A program made the translations under genes and the position numbers. From contig CAXXMR010000018.1 of NCBI GenBank assembly GCA_963663805.2, forward strand, positions 1-64,000: a stretch of DNA of 64,000 nucleotides. The letters are read 5' to 3'. Source of the stretch: Sedimentisphaerales bacterium. Its GTDB lineage: Bacteria > Planctomycetota > Phycisphaerae > Sedimentisphaerales > SM23-30. The notes beneath the pieces were generated by a model, which worked only from the letters and a program-made list of their open reading frames with translations, ran no database searches and was not told the origin of the DNA. Shown here one piece after another: positions 8,803 through 18,951 of the stretch; the stretch's first letter is position 1, and the number at the start of each line of letters is the position of its first letter.

Positions 8803-10032
8803 TTATTTGGTTTTTATGTTTGAAATTTCGCCGCAGCGTGGGCATTTGATTTTGTCGTGGCGGTAGTTGGGCGGGACTTTCATTTTCAGGCCGCAGGGGC
8901 AGGTCAGCAGGGCGAAGCCTTCGACCTGACGCATGATGTCGCCTGCCTGTCTTAATTGGCGACGTTGGGTGGGTTCCTTTTCGGTGGCTGTACCGCCGCT
9001 GCGGAGGGCGACCTGTTCGTCGGTTTGCAGGGCGGAATTGGGCAGCACGCTGGAGCGGGAATGAGTGATTTCTTGGTAGCTCTTTTCATAATCGCCAAAG
9101 GCTGCGCCATGCATCATATTACGGAGGATTCTTATGCGGGCTTCGATAGGGGGGTGGGTGCTGCTCCAGTCGCTGAGTTTCATGCTTTTTTTGGGCAGGG
9201 GGTCGGCGATGTACATCGGTGCGGTGACTTTGTTGGCAGACTGCATGGGCTCGTGATGGTCGGCGATTTTCTGGAGTGCGTTGGCCAGGCCCGCGGGATA
9301 GCGGGTCAGGCGGGCGGCACCGGCGTCGGCGAGGTATTCGCGTCGGCGGGACAGGGCCATATAAAGCAAATGGGCCATTATGGGTGCCAGAATGGCCAGG
9401 ACCAGGGCCACGACTATCATAATGATTTGGGCGCCGCCGTCGTTGCGGTTGCTATTTGAGCTAAAGCGGCGGGAACGGCCCGCTCCATACAAAGTGCCGC
9501 GTAGGAAAACCTGGCTGAGCATTACGATGGCACCGAGCATGATGCCGGCGAGGGTGACGAAAAGGATGTCACGATGGAGTATATGGCTTATTTCGTGGGC
9601 GATGACACCCTGCAGCTCGTCGCGGTTGAGTTTGCCGAGCAAGCCGGCGGTGACGGCGACTGACGCGGTCTGGGGTGAGCGTCCGGTGGCAAAGGCATTG
9701 GGCGCCGGGTCGTTGATGATGTAGATGTCGGGGACTTTAGGCAGGCCGGCGGCGATGGTCATTTCCTCGACGACGTTGAAAAGCTGGGGGTGTACGTCGT
9801 GGGTGACTTTCTGGGCCCGGCTGGCCGAGAGCAGGATTTTGTCGCCGGCGGTAAGGCTCACCAGCAGCATAATAATGTAAATGATAGTCGCGGCGGCCAG
9901 GCCGAGGTAGCCACCCTGGGGGGCGTGGAGCCAGGCAATGCCGATGACGTATCCCAGGCTGAGCAGGACCAGGGCCATGACGAATAGCAGGATGACGGAT
10001 TTGCGTTTATTGGCCCGGATGAGTTCAAACAT
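8803..10032 (-). CDS. htpX: HtpX-like M48 zinc metalloprotease with C-terminal Zn-ribbon
   Basis: PNAFATGR, ELQGVIAHEISH, SRRREYLADA, STHPP; tail CPC...CPRC. Confidence 0.9.
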   Translation of the reverse strand: MFELIRANKRKSVILLFVMALVLLSLGYVIGIAWLHAPQGGYLGLAAATIIYIIMLLVSLTAGDKILLSASRAQKVTHDVHPQLFNVVEEMTIAAGLPKVPDIYIINDPAPNAFATGRSPQTASVAVTAGLLGKLNRDELQGVIAHEISHILHRDILFVTLAGIMLGAIVMLSQVFLRGTLYGAGRSRRFSSNSNRNDGGAQIIMIVVALVLAILAPIMAHLLYMALSRRREYLADAGAARLTRYPAGLANALQKIADHHEPMQSANKVTAPMYIADPLPKKSMKLSDWSSTHPPIEARIRILRNMMHGAAFGDYEKSYQEITHSRSSVLPNSALQTDEQVALRSGGTATEKEPTQRRQLRQAGDIMRQVEGFALLTCPCGLKMKVPPNYRHDKIKCPRCGEISNIKTK

Positions 10033-10179
10033 GTTGAAGTTCCATTTTTAGACATAAGACATAAGAAATTAACGGATTAACGGCATGGTTTCGCCTTTTG
10101 CGAAGGTGTTTAATTTTACGTCAGCCTTTACTTACGCAGCTCGCATGGGTGAAAAAACAGTTTATTCAAGGTTGTTCCC

Positions 10180-10734
10180 TTAAAATTGTACTTTGGGTAC
10201 TTCACGCTGGGCGGCTTCTTCGATTTCGAAGAATTCGCCTTTGCTGAAGTTGAACATGCCGGCGATGATATTGGAGGGGAACATTTCGATTTTGTTATTG
10301 AAGCCGAGCACCTGGTCATTATAGCCCTGGCGTGCGAACGAAATTTTGTTTTCGGTGCTGGTTAGTTCTTCCTGAAGGGAGAGAAAGTTGGCGTTGGCTT
10401 TGAGGTCGGGGTAGTTTTCGACCACGAGCATGAATTTACTAAGGGCGTTGTCGAGCTGCGCTTCGGCCTGTCCCTGGGCACCGACACTGCCGGCACCCAT
10501 AGCACGGCTGCGGGCTTCGGTGATGGCTTTGAAGGTGTCCTGCTCGTGCTTCATATAGCCCTTGGCGGTTTCGATGAGGTTGGGGATGAGGTCGTAGCGG
10601 CGTTTGAGCTGTACGTCGATTTGTGACCAGGCGTTCTGCATCTGATTACGCAGGCGAATCAGCGAGTTGTACATGCCGACTACCCAGAATACCAATATTG
10701 CGACGATGGCTAAAATAACAATCAATGGTACCAT
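10180..10734 (-). CDS. lemA: LemA family protein
   Basis: NAWSQIDVQLKRRYDLIPNL, ENYPDLKAN, ELTSTENKISFARQ.YN, FPSNIIA. Confidence 0.96.
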   Translation of the reverse strand: MVPLIVILAIVAILVFWVVGMYNSLIRLRNQMQNAWSQIDVQLKRRYDLIPNLIETAKGYMKHEQDTFKAITEARSRAMGAGSVGAQGQAEAQLDNALSKFMLVVENYPDLKANANFLSLQEELTSTENKISFARQGYNDQVLGFNNKIEMFPSNIIAGMFNFSKGEFFEIEEAAQREVPKVQF

Positions 10735-10769
10735 TTAAATCTCCTGTTCTGTCTTTGTGAAGGGTTGTG

Positions 10770-11162
10770 TTATTCTATATTTTTGAAAATTTCGGTTAGC
10801 AGATTTTGAACTTTACGGGCCTGGTCGAAGTTGCCCGATGCGGTGATGGTTTGCAGTTCGCCTTTGTCGAACCAGAGGCCGTCGCCTTTGACGCATTCAT
10901 CTATGATGAGCGGATTTTCTCTGGTGCCGCCAGCCTGTACTTTTTTCATCTGTTTATCGCAGATAGGGCAGTTTCGGGCGGTTTCGGCGGAGTGAACTTT
11001 GCTGAATTGGCCGAGCAGTTCGTTGGCGGCCTTTGAATCGCCCAGCAGAAGTTCAAGCTCGCCGGCGTCCAGCCAGATGCCGCCGCAATCAAAGCAGCAA
11101 TCAACTTCGACTTCGTCCAGCTCCAGAGTCACCATTGCGTTGTTACAGACCGGACAATCCAA
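10770..11162 (-). CDS. Tandem TFIIB-type zinc-ribbon (zf-TFIIB) protein
   Basis: Two CPxC...DxC..CxGxWxDxGEL units; TTG start after GAGGTG. Confidence 0.85.
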   Translation of the reverse strand: MDCPVCNNAMVTLELDEVEVDCCFDCGGIWLDAGELELLLGDSKAANELLGQFSKVHSAETARNCPICDKQMKKVQAGGTRENPLIIDECVKGDGLWFDKGELQTITASGNFDQARKVQNLLTEIFKNIE

Positions 11163-11314
11163 GCTTCACCTCTGTTTGTTTGTCGCAGAACAGTACCACA
11201 AATTACCCAAATTAACCTATTGGGATTCTAACAGTCCGGTTTTGGCTCGTCAATAGCATTCTTCGAGATACTTTCGACCAGAAAAAAGTCGTTGCGTTGT
11301 GTTTAGTTAAGTTG

Positions 11315-12730
11315 TTACTTGTAAAACTCTTGCCATTCTTTGCGGGGCGGCGGGCCAGTCAGTAACTCGTTGGCAGTTTTATTGTTTTTGAACAGCTTTG
11401 TTTCCGGGTCGAATATGAGTTTACCGCCCAGGCGTTGGGCAATAACTCCGAGGAGGCAGAGCTGCGAGAGTGGGCCGGCGACATCGAACGAAGAGCGTGT
11501 TTTTTCCTGCCCCTTGCAGGCCAGCAAAAAATTGGTGGCATGGTCGGATTGCTTTTCAGTAATCCTGGGTATCCGGTCGTTCAGTGCCCGCATTTTTTCT
11601 TCGGGGATAATTCGTAAAATGCTGTTGTGCGAGCCTCCCTTAAAGACCAGGTCGTCACTGTAAATAATCTTGCCGCACTTGTCCATGGTTCGTCCCTTTT
11701 CAAGCTCATTGGGGCGGGGCGGCAGGTTGTCTATTCCGTCATACCAGGTAATATCCATCGTGGGCATGGTTTCCGAACGCGCCGGGAAATCGAAGGTAAT
11801 AGTGGAGGCCGCGGGAAAGATATACGGATTGGGTTTGTCAAGTTTGACAACATTTATTTCGGTAGGCAACCCCAGTTTTAGATAGCGGTGTATGGTATCT
11901 AAAATATGAGGCCCCCAGTCCCCCAGGGTGCCGTTGCCGTAATCATACCAGCCGCGCCAGTTGCCATCGACATATTTTTCGCTGTATTCGTGGTAAGGTG
12001 CCACTCCAACCCAGGTGTCCCAATCGATTGATTCGGGCAGTTTTTCACCTTCTGGATAACCGGGAATATCCCATCCATGCCAGCGTCTGGGCAGATTCAT
12101 ATAGGCATCGACATGTCTTACGTTTTTGATTATGCCCGCGTCAACCCAGGCCTGGAACTGTAACGGATTATTGCCGGAATGACCTTGATTGCCCATTTGA
12201 GCGGCAACCTGATATTTTTTTTCCGCGGCCATTAACAGCTCTACTTCGCGAAAAGTATTGGCCAGTGGTTTTTCGACATAAACGTGTTTGCCTAATGACA
12301 TGGCCAGCATCGCAATGGGGAAATGGGAATGGTCCGGCACAGCTATACAAACCGCGTCAATTTGGTTGCCCATCTTGTCGAACATTTTTCTGAAATCCTG
12401 GAATTTCGGCACATTATCCAGTTTTTCCGAGAGTTCACAGTAAGGTTCGTCAGAGTTTGAGGTATTGACATTATTTGAGTCATTTTTTGACTTTGCCAAC
12501 AAATCTTTTTGAATCCAGTTGGCGCGGTCCACATCGCACTGCGCGACAATGTTTGCCAGGCCGGTCTTATACATCCAAAGTGCATCTCGCCGTCCCTGGT
12601 TTTGGGTGCCGATAACGGCCAGATTGACTCTTTCGTTGGCACCTAATACCTTTGCCGGCAGAATTGAAAAAAGTGAACTTGCCGCAACCGATGCCTTTAT
12701 AAAATCTCTTCTTGTCAAAGAATAATCCAT
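11315..12730 (-). CDS. Tat-exported Gfo/Idh/MocA oxidoreductase
   Basis: TRRDFIK Tat motif, PDHSH, HVYVEKPL, QMGNQG, GDWGPHILD. Start placed at ATG 12730. Confidence 0.93.
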   Translation of the reverse strand: MDYSLTRRDFIKASVAASSLFSILPAKVLGANERVNLAVIGTQNQGRRDALWMYKTGLANIVAQCDVDRANWIQKDLLAKSKNDSNNVNTSNSDEPYCELSEKLDNVPKFQDFRKMFDKMGNQIDAVCIAVPDHSHFPIAMLAMSLGKHVYVEKPLANTFREVELLMAAEKKYQVAAQMGNQGHSGNNPLQFQAWVDAGIIKNVRHVDAYMNLPRRWHGWDIPGYPEGEKLPESIDWDTWVGVAPYHEYSEKYVDGNWRGWYDYGNGTLGDWGPHILDTIHRYLKLGLPTEINVVKLDKPNPYIFPAASTITFDFPARSETMPTMDITWYDGIDNLPPRPNELEKGRTMDKCGKIIYSDDLVFKGGSHNSILRIIPEEKMRALNDRIPRITEKQSDHATNFLLACKGQEKTRSSFDVAGPLSQLCLLGVIAQRLGGKLIFDPETKLFKNNKTANELLTGPPPRKEWQEFYK

Positions 12731-12774
12731 AATTCCTCTGTGGCAAACTATTTCTCGATCGGGTGATACATACG

Positions 12775-14154
12775 TTATATTTTTGGTTCCCAGCCGGGAG
12801 CGTAATTGCGTTTCCAGAGTTTTTGCGCGGCTTTGTTTTTTAGGATATGGCCGGTTTGGGGACAAATATCAAGGGTTTGGCCTACCCGCCAGGAAATGTT
12901 GCCCAGGTGGCCCAGCGTTGTGCTGATATGGCCTTCATCTATGGGGCTGCTCAATTTTTCCTGACCTCTGATTGCGCCAATAAAGTTTTCGGTATGACGG
13001 TCCTGCAAGCCGGGGTCGGTGGTGGTGCCGCGTACAGTCTTTTTTTCTTCCTGCCGCTCGGTGCGGGTGTCCCGTAGGAGTTTGTTGTCGATATCGTATA
13101 GTTTATAATCGGCATTTCCGTCGTAATCAAGCGTGCCGCCTGCCCCGAAAAACAGGACACCGAAGTTTTTATAATTTTCTCCAAAGGTGTTTACCGAGCG
13201 ACCGAACCAGGTAATCATCCTGTCGTCGGGATACTCAAGCATAATTTCCTGCGTGTCCATCCACTGCCAATCGTCCTGCCCTTGGTAGTGCCAGCGTCCT
13301 CCCCGCGACGAGACTTTGCCGGGGAACTGAGCCCGAAAAGCCCATCGGGCGATATCCAGCATATGCACGCCGTTGTTCAGGGCTTCGCCGGTGCCCCAGC
13401 GGTAGAACCAGTGCCAGTTATAGGGATGGATATTATCTCGATAGGCGGTACGCGGTGCCGGTCCCTGCCAGAGATTCCAGTCGAGATAATCGGGCACGGC
13501 AATTTCTTTGCCGAAACCAATGGGGTCGCGTTTGCGGACATAGAAACATTTGGCCAGATAGAGCCTGCCGATCAAGCCGTTAGCTAAATCGTCACACATA
13601 TTCTCAACGAAACCCATGGAACGTCGCTGATTGCCCATCTGGACCAGACGATTATATTTACGGGCGGCCTTGACCAGCATTTCGCCCTCCCAGGGATTAT
13701 GGCTGCACGGTTTTTCGACATAAACATGTTTGCCGGCTTTGAGGGCTTCAATTGCCATCGGTGCATGCCAATGGTCCGGCGTGGCGATGACCATCGCGTC
13801 AACATCCGAATCATCCAGCGCCCGGCGAAAATCTGTTATTGCTTCAGGAGACGCGGTCTGCTGTTTCTGGGCGGTTTGGACAGCCTCAGCCAGATAGCGT
13901 GTGTCCACATCGATTACATATTTCACACGGCAGTTTTTTACCTTCAGGAATTTTTTTATCAGTTCCCTGCCCCGGCTTCTGATGCCGGCTACCGCCAAAA
14001 CAACTTCTTCATTGGGCGATTGGACAGAGGAAAGTAAAGGCAGGGACGCGGTAGTTTTGGGGGAATATGGCTCGCAACCTGCAATGAGCAAGCCGGTTCC
14101 GAGAGCAGCAGATTTCATAAAATTTCTTCGGTCAATCGTATTATTCATTTGCAT
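12775..14154 (-). CDS. Tat-exported Gfo/Idh/MocA oxidoreductase (lipoprotein-like)
   Basis: DRRNFMK Tat motif then LIAGC, TPDHWH, HVYVEKP, QMGNQRRS, NNGVHMLD. Confidence 0.93.
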   Translation of the reverse strand: MQMNNTIDRRNFMKSAALGTGLLIAGCEPYSPKTTASLPLLSSVQSPNEEVVLAVAGIRSRGRELIKKFLKVKNCRVKYVIDVDTRYLAEAVQTAQKQQTASPEAITDFRRALDDSDVDAMVIATPDHWHAPMAIEALKAGKHVYVEKPCSHNPWEGEMLVKAARKYNRLVQMGNQRRSMGFVENMCDDLANGLIGRLYLAKCFYVRKRDPIGFGKEIAVPDYLDWNLWQGPAPRTAYRDNIHPYNWHWFYRWGTGEALNNGVHMLDIARWAFRAQFPGKVSSRGGRWHYQGQDDWQWMDTQEIMLEYPDDRMITWFGRSVNTFGENYKNFGVLFFGAGGTLDYDGNADYKLYDIDNKLLRDTRTERQEEKKTVRGTTTDPGLQDRHTENFIGAIRGQEKLSSPIDEGHISTTLGHLGNISWRVGQTLDICPQTGHILKNKAAQKLWKRNYAPGWEPKI

Positions 14155-14210
14155 GCCTCAATTCTATCTGTCGTTTTGCAAAAGTTCAGTTCTATATCAG
14201 GTTTTACGAT

Positions 14211-15566
14211 TCACATTTTTTTTATCTTGATACTCTTGAACGAGACCTGGTTGCCGTGGTCCTGAAGCAGAATGTGTCCTTTCTCCCATTCCCCGAATCC
14301 GGGCCACTTGCTGTATTTGCTTTCCTGAACGAGTTGGCGAAATTCCGGGGTATTGCGTTCATATTCCAACACTTTTCTGCCATTGAGCCAGTGTTCAACA
14401 TGATTGCCTTTGGAGATAATTCCGGCGTGGTTCCACTGGCCAATCAGATTAGGGTTTTTCAGAGTATTATTAGCTTCAATCAAATCATACAGACAAGCCA
14501 GGGTCCGACTGCCCGGGTGATTGCCCTTTCCGGCATCCGGGTGGCGGGCATCGTCGAGGATTTGATATTCCAGCCCAATCGAAGAGCTCTCCCCCTTGTT
14601 CAGTTCCGGGTCCACAAAATACTTGATACCGCTGTTAGCGCCGGGGGCAAGTTTGAAATCCAGTTGCAGTTCAAAGTCAGCGTATTTATTCATGGTTATA
14701 ATATCACCGCCTGCCTCAGATTCGCTGCCGCCGGTTTCAAGTACCGTCAGTATGCCATCTTCAATAGTCCAGCCCTTTTGAGGAAAGTTTTCGAGTTTTG
14801 CGCCGCGCCAGCCGTTAGTCGTTTTTCCGTCAAAAAGCAGCGTATAGCCGCTCTCGGTGCTCCCCAGTTTATTATCCATTGATTCCAGCGGCAGGGGTGT
14901 GGGCTCGATATAGCTGGCTGGACTTTCGGTAATGATACGGATATTTTTCCACCGAACCTCAATGCCTTCTTTGCTCGTATCGTCTTTGATACCGTGTACC
15001 TGCAGGGCAATAAAACCATCGCGAGTTTGGGTGTCATACAGATGAGTAGCTGGCACACCGTTTATCCAGGTCCTGAAGGTATTGCCAATAGCTTCGATGC
15101 GGTAATGATTCCATTGGCCTTGTTTAAATGCGTTTCGGGCTTGGGGGTTGTCTTTCAGAGTAGCCAGCCAGCCGCGACGGCTCTCGTCGTAAATTCCCGC
15201 GGACCAGGCTCGCTCCGAAGGGTCAATCTCGACCTGATAGCCGTGGACACGACCATTTTTGTATTCGGGAAAACTGTTCGAACGAATCTGGATGCCGGAG
15301 TTGAGCCTGGGGTCAACCTTGAAATCAAGTTCCAAAATAAAATCCGAATAGAATTGTCGAGTACACAAAAAACTGTTGGGAGTGTTGAGTGCCGTCGAGC
15401 CCACCAATTCGCCATTTTCAACCGCATATTTGGCTTGCCCGCCCAGTTGCTGCCAGCCGGAGAGGTCTTCGCCATTGAACAGCCGGTGCCACGGAGCCTC
15501 GGCAAACACATAGTTGGACACTAACAGAAACAGAACGGTCGAGAACAAGATACCTGTGTTTTTCAT
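14211..15566 (-). CDS. Secreted tandem DUF1080 (3-keto-glycoside hydrolase/eliminase-like) protein
   Basis: Signal peptide plus two domains: LFNGEDLSGW...NSGIQIR...GYQVEI...GFIALQVH and LFDGKTTNGW...NSGIKY...EYQILDD...GHILLQDHG. Confidence 0.92.
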   Translation of the reverse strand: MKNTGILFSTVLFLLVSNYVFAEAPWHRLFNGEDLSGWQQLGGQAKYAVENGELVGSTALNTPNSFLCTRQFYSDFILELDFKVDPRLNSGIQIRSNSFPEYKNGRVHGYQVEIDPSERAWSAGIYDESRRGWLATLKDNPQARNAFKQGQWNHYRIEAIGNTFRTWINGVPATHLYDTQTRDGFIALQVHGIKDDTSKEGIEVRWKNIRIITESPASYIEPTPLPLESMDNKLGSTESGYTLLFDGKTTNGWRGAKLENFPQKGWTIEDGILTVLETGGSESEAGGDIITMNKYADFELQLDFKLAPGANSGIKYFVDPELNKGESSSIGLEYQILDDARHPDAGKGNHPGSRTLACLYDLIEANNTLKNPNLIGQWNHAGIISKGNHVEHWLNGRKVLEYERNTPEFRQLVQESKYSKWPGFGEWEKGHILLQDHGNQVSFKSIKIKKM

Positions 15567-16175
15567 AGGTAAATACCCTTTCGTGTCAATCAGATACCGA
15601 AGTTTTGCAAAAGTTTGGGGCTAAGTTAAATACATATTTGCAACAGAATACCATTTATGAAGTTATAGTCAAACGATTTATAATACTGGGCCAGCCTTTG
15701 GGTGTGACAATATTTTCTGGCGATAGAGAGTAAATTAAAGGCATGAGGTATGAGGACGTGCTGCTCAAACGTTCAATCATATCATCAACCGCGAAGACCC
15801 GCCCCTTGCCAGGCAAGAAGCTGCCGCCCGGAAGGTGTTTTATGTGAATAACGGTTTTGGTGGTCGTATCCGTCCGCTTACGGGGCTCGGTTTTTGCGGT
15901 GTTTTAAGGAGGCACAACTATGGCGCAATGTTTACGGATTTTTGAAAGGCATAAAAAAACATCTCCGGTATCGGTTATAATGGAGTTGGCTAGGGACCAA
16001 AATCACGAAACCAGAGATGTAACTGTGAGCGGTAATTTATGAACGAGTTATTTTATAATAATCGGGCCGACACTATTGAGATATATGGGTTTAAATCCGG
16101 CTTTTAATGCGGGGGAATCCGCGGGCATGGTAAAATTTCCGTTTTCGGGGGATTTGAAAAGAGGGTTCTGTAATA

Positions 16176-16400
16176 TTGGCTATTGCGGAAAAACATGGCG
16201 TACATCCTGCTATTGTTTGTATTAAATGGGCTGTTCAGAGGGGGCAGGTTCCGATACCTTTTTCAATTAATCACTATCTGCAAAATCTTGAAGCTGCGAT
16301 AAGTGCTCCTCTTACTGAGGACGAGATGCAGAGAATATCAGAAATTGATAAAAATTGCAGGTTGGCCGTAGTATTTGATGAAGAACAAAAAAAGGAGTAA
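16176..16400 (+). pseudogene. C-terminal fragment of an aldo/keto reductase
   Basis: IAEKHGVHPAIVCIKWAVQRGQVPIPFS...NLEA...LTEDEMQRI; the N-terminal ~250 aa are absent. Confidence 0.75.
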
Positions 16401-17466
16401 AAAGTCCAATCCTGTTCGGCACATTTATTGCTTAGATACAGTTTTTCTGTGGTCTTTCCGGTTCATGTGGTTTCGTGGGTTATCCCTTGGTGGGGCTGTC
16501 CGTGCCGGCTATTTGGGCGCAGCATCAGCGGCGGCGGCGATTTTTTTGAGGATCGGCCTTAGTTTTGGCTTTGGAGTTTATTGATATGGTTCTGCATTTC
16601 TTGCTCGTCGGCCATGCCGCAGAGGTGCCAGCAGAGCATTTCGTAGGTTCTTAAAGTTGGTTTTTTGCCCGTCCACAGGCTGATCAGCATACAGGCGATA
16701 ATCGCGGCGTACATCTGTAGTTCGATACCGTTTTCGCAGAGGCTTAGCAGATGTCGGCAGCCCAGCACATGCTTAAAAAAGCGGAAAAATATTTCGATGG
16801 CCCAGCGTTTCTGATAGAGCAGGGCAATGACTTCGGCGTCCAGGTCCAGCCGGTCGGTGGCAATCAAAATCATCTCACTCTGACGTGGTCCCTGGCCCCG
16901 TTTCAAATGCGGTTGACATTCAACCGCTATCAGGCGTAACGGTTGTTTGAAATCTTCCCGCAGTTTTTCACTGCTGCCGGCGATTACCGTACGATCAAAA
17001 ATTATCCCCGCTTTTCGAGCATCTTCAGTTAAAGGTTTTTCCTGAATAGTTTCGTAAACCGTATCCTCACGCAGCCGACAGACAAAAGAGCTTTTACTAT
17101 CCACAATGGCCTGAAACAGCTTAAAACAGGCATATCCGCGATCATTGACATAAATCCGGCCGGGCTGAAGATTCTCTAAAAAAACCTTTCGCTCATCAGA
17201 CTTGTCTTCACTGATATTTATTTTCAGAGGCACATATTTTTCCAGATCAAACTGAGTGTGTGCTTTAATTCCGGGTTTGTCGGTGTCCCAGGCAGCCTGA
17301 GTGAGTTTTTGCAAAGCCTGAATACTGCTGCCGTCCACCAGGGTAATGACCTGACCGACTTCCAGTTTTTTGTCCTGAGATATCGGCCCTTGTATTGCCT
17401 CAGTTGGAAATGGACAAATCCTTTAAAGTTGCTATTCTTTATGTATATTTTTGAAAGGGATTTGTT

Positions 17467-17775
17467 ATGAAACAGGAGCGTAGGCGGTTTGAGGCGGTGG
17501 AGAAGGTAAGGATTATTCGGGAGCATCTTCTGGAGAAGCGGCCTTTGTCGGAGGTTTGCCAGCAGTACGGCATCGCTCCGACCCAGTTTTACCAGTGGCA
17601 GAAGCTGTTTTTTGAAAATGGAGCCACGGCCTTTGAACCCAAAAAGGTCGGCCGGGAGTATGAACTGGAAAACCTGATCAAAAAACTCGACAAAAAGCTG
17701 GTCAAAAAAGATGAGGTCATCGCCGAGCTGGTTGAGCATAACATCGACTTAAAAAAAAAGCATGGTCCGGGTTGA
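17467..17775 (+). CDS. IS3 transposase OrfA (HTH + leucine zipper)
   Basis: RRRFEAVEKVRII...SEVCQQYGIAPTQFYQWQK; ends over an A9G slippery site. Confidence 0.92.
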   Translation: MKQERRRFEAVEKVRIIREHLLEKRPLSEVCQQYGIAPTQFYQWQKLFFENGATAFEPKKVGREYELENLIKKLDKKLVKKDEVIAELVEHNIDLKKKHGPG

Positions 17776-17797
17776 AAGACGCCTGGGCGGAACCGGA
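17751..17797 (+). promoter_or_regulatory. Programmed -1 frameshift signal (A AAA AAG + downstream stem-loop)
   Basis: AAAAAAAAAG at 17751-17760 followed by TCCGG...CCGGA pairing; OrfB lies in the -1 frame. Confidence 0.8.
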
Positions 17798-18728
17798 TGT
17801 TCGGGATGAAGTCGTTGATTATGTGCGCAAATGGACGGATAAAACGGAAGTGAAGGCCGCGACAATGATAAACTGGATGGGCATTTCTCGCAGCAAGTTT
17901 TATGACTGGCAGAAACGTTATGGCAAGGTCAACGAGCACAACGGCTGGATTCCTCGTGACTTCTGGCTCACCGATGTCGAAACACAGTCGATCATCGCCT
18001 ATCATGCGGATCATCCGCGGGAAGGCTATCGGCGGCTGACTTATATGATGATGGATGAGGATATTGTCGCGGTGAGTCCTGCCAGCGTTTATCGAGTGTT
18101 GTCAAAGGCGGATTTGCTGCAACGCTTCAACGGCAAACCCTCCAAAAAAGGCAGTGGCTTCGCTCAGCCCTTAAAACCGCATGAACACTGGCATATCGAC
18201 ATTTCGTACATTAATATCTGCGGCACCTTTTACTACATGTGTTCCATTCTGGACGGTTTTAGCCGATACCTCGTGCATTGGGATATCAAGGAGTCGATGA
18301 CGGAGGCGGAGGTGGAAATTATTCTTCAGCATGCCCGTGAGAAATTCCCCGAGGCTCGACCGCGGATAATCTCGGACAACGGCCCGCAGTTTATCTCGAA
18401 GGACTTCAAAGAGTTTATTCGGCTCAGCGGTATGACACATGTCAAGACCTCGCCGTATTATCCGCAGAGCAACGGAAAACTCGAACGCTATCACAAAACG
18501 ATCAAGGGTACCTGTATTCGAGTTCATACGCCATTGTCGCGGGATGATGCGTGTCGCCTGGTGGCTGATTTTGTGAGGCATTACAATGACCAGCGGCTAC
18601 ACAGTGCGATTGGATATATTACGCCCAACGATAAACTTGCCGGCCGGGCCGAAACGATTCTGGCCGCCCGGGAAGCCAAACTCGATGCCGCCCGTCAGGC
18701 CCGCAAAGCCCTGAGAAAGGTGTCGTAG
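17772..18728 (+). CDS. IS3 transposase OrfB (rve integrase core)
   Basis: WHIDISY, ILDGFSRY, ISDNGPQF, PYYPQSNGKLERYHKTIK, YNDQRLHSAIGYITP. Confidence 0.96.
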   Translation: MKDAWAEPDVRDEVVDYVRKWTDKTEVKAATMINWMGISRSKFYDWQKRYGKVNEHNGWIPRDFWLTDVETQSIIAYHADHPREGYRRLTYMMMDEDIVAVSPASVYRVLSKADLLQRFNGKPSKKGSGFAQPLKPHEHWHIDISYINICGTFYYMCSILDGFSRYLVHWDIKESMTEAEVEIILQHAREKFPEARPRIISDNGPQFISKDFKEFIRLSGMTHVKTSPYYPQSNGKLERYHKTIKGTCIRVHTPLSRDDACRLVADFVRHYNDQRLHSAIGYITPNDKLAGRAETILAAREAKLDAARQARKALRKVS

Positions 18729-18739
18729 TGAAAAGACGC

Positions 18740-18768
18740 TTGACAGAGATTGGGAACGCCCGGACAAT
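18740..18768 (+). promoter_or_regulatory. Near-consensus sigma70 promoter inside the IS3 3' tail
   Basis: TTGACA (18740-18745)-17 nt-GACAAT (18763-18768), 12 nt after the OrfB stop. Confidence 0.65.
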
Positions 18769-18774
18769 ACCGTT

Positions 18775-18951
18775 GGTAGGCGAAACGGACGCAGGCTCTG
18801 CAGAGGTGCAACCTGCCAGGGATAGCCAGACCAAGGCGACGAATTGTCGTGGGGGTGGCAGTTATACACCTGCCGCCCCAGGTGTGAGGCGTTCCACAGA
18901 CAATTCAGAGCCTTCTTATGCCTTTAAAAACCTCTTGCCGAAGGCAAGTTT
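18775..18951 (+). ncRNA. Putative structured non-coding RNA in IS3 3' tail
   Basis: Own promoter, several nested complementary segments and a terminal hairpin CTTGCC-GAA-GGCAAG-TTT; expression not shown. Confidence 0.45.
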
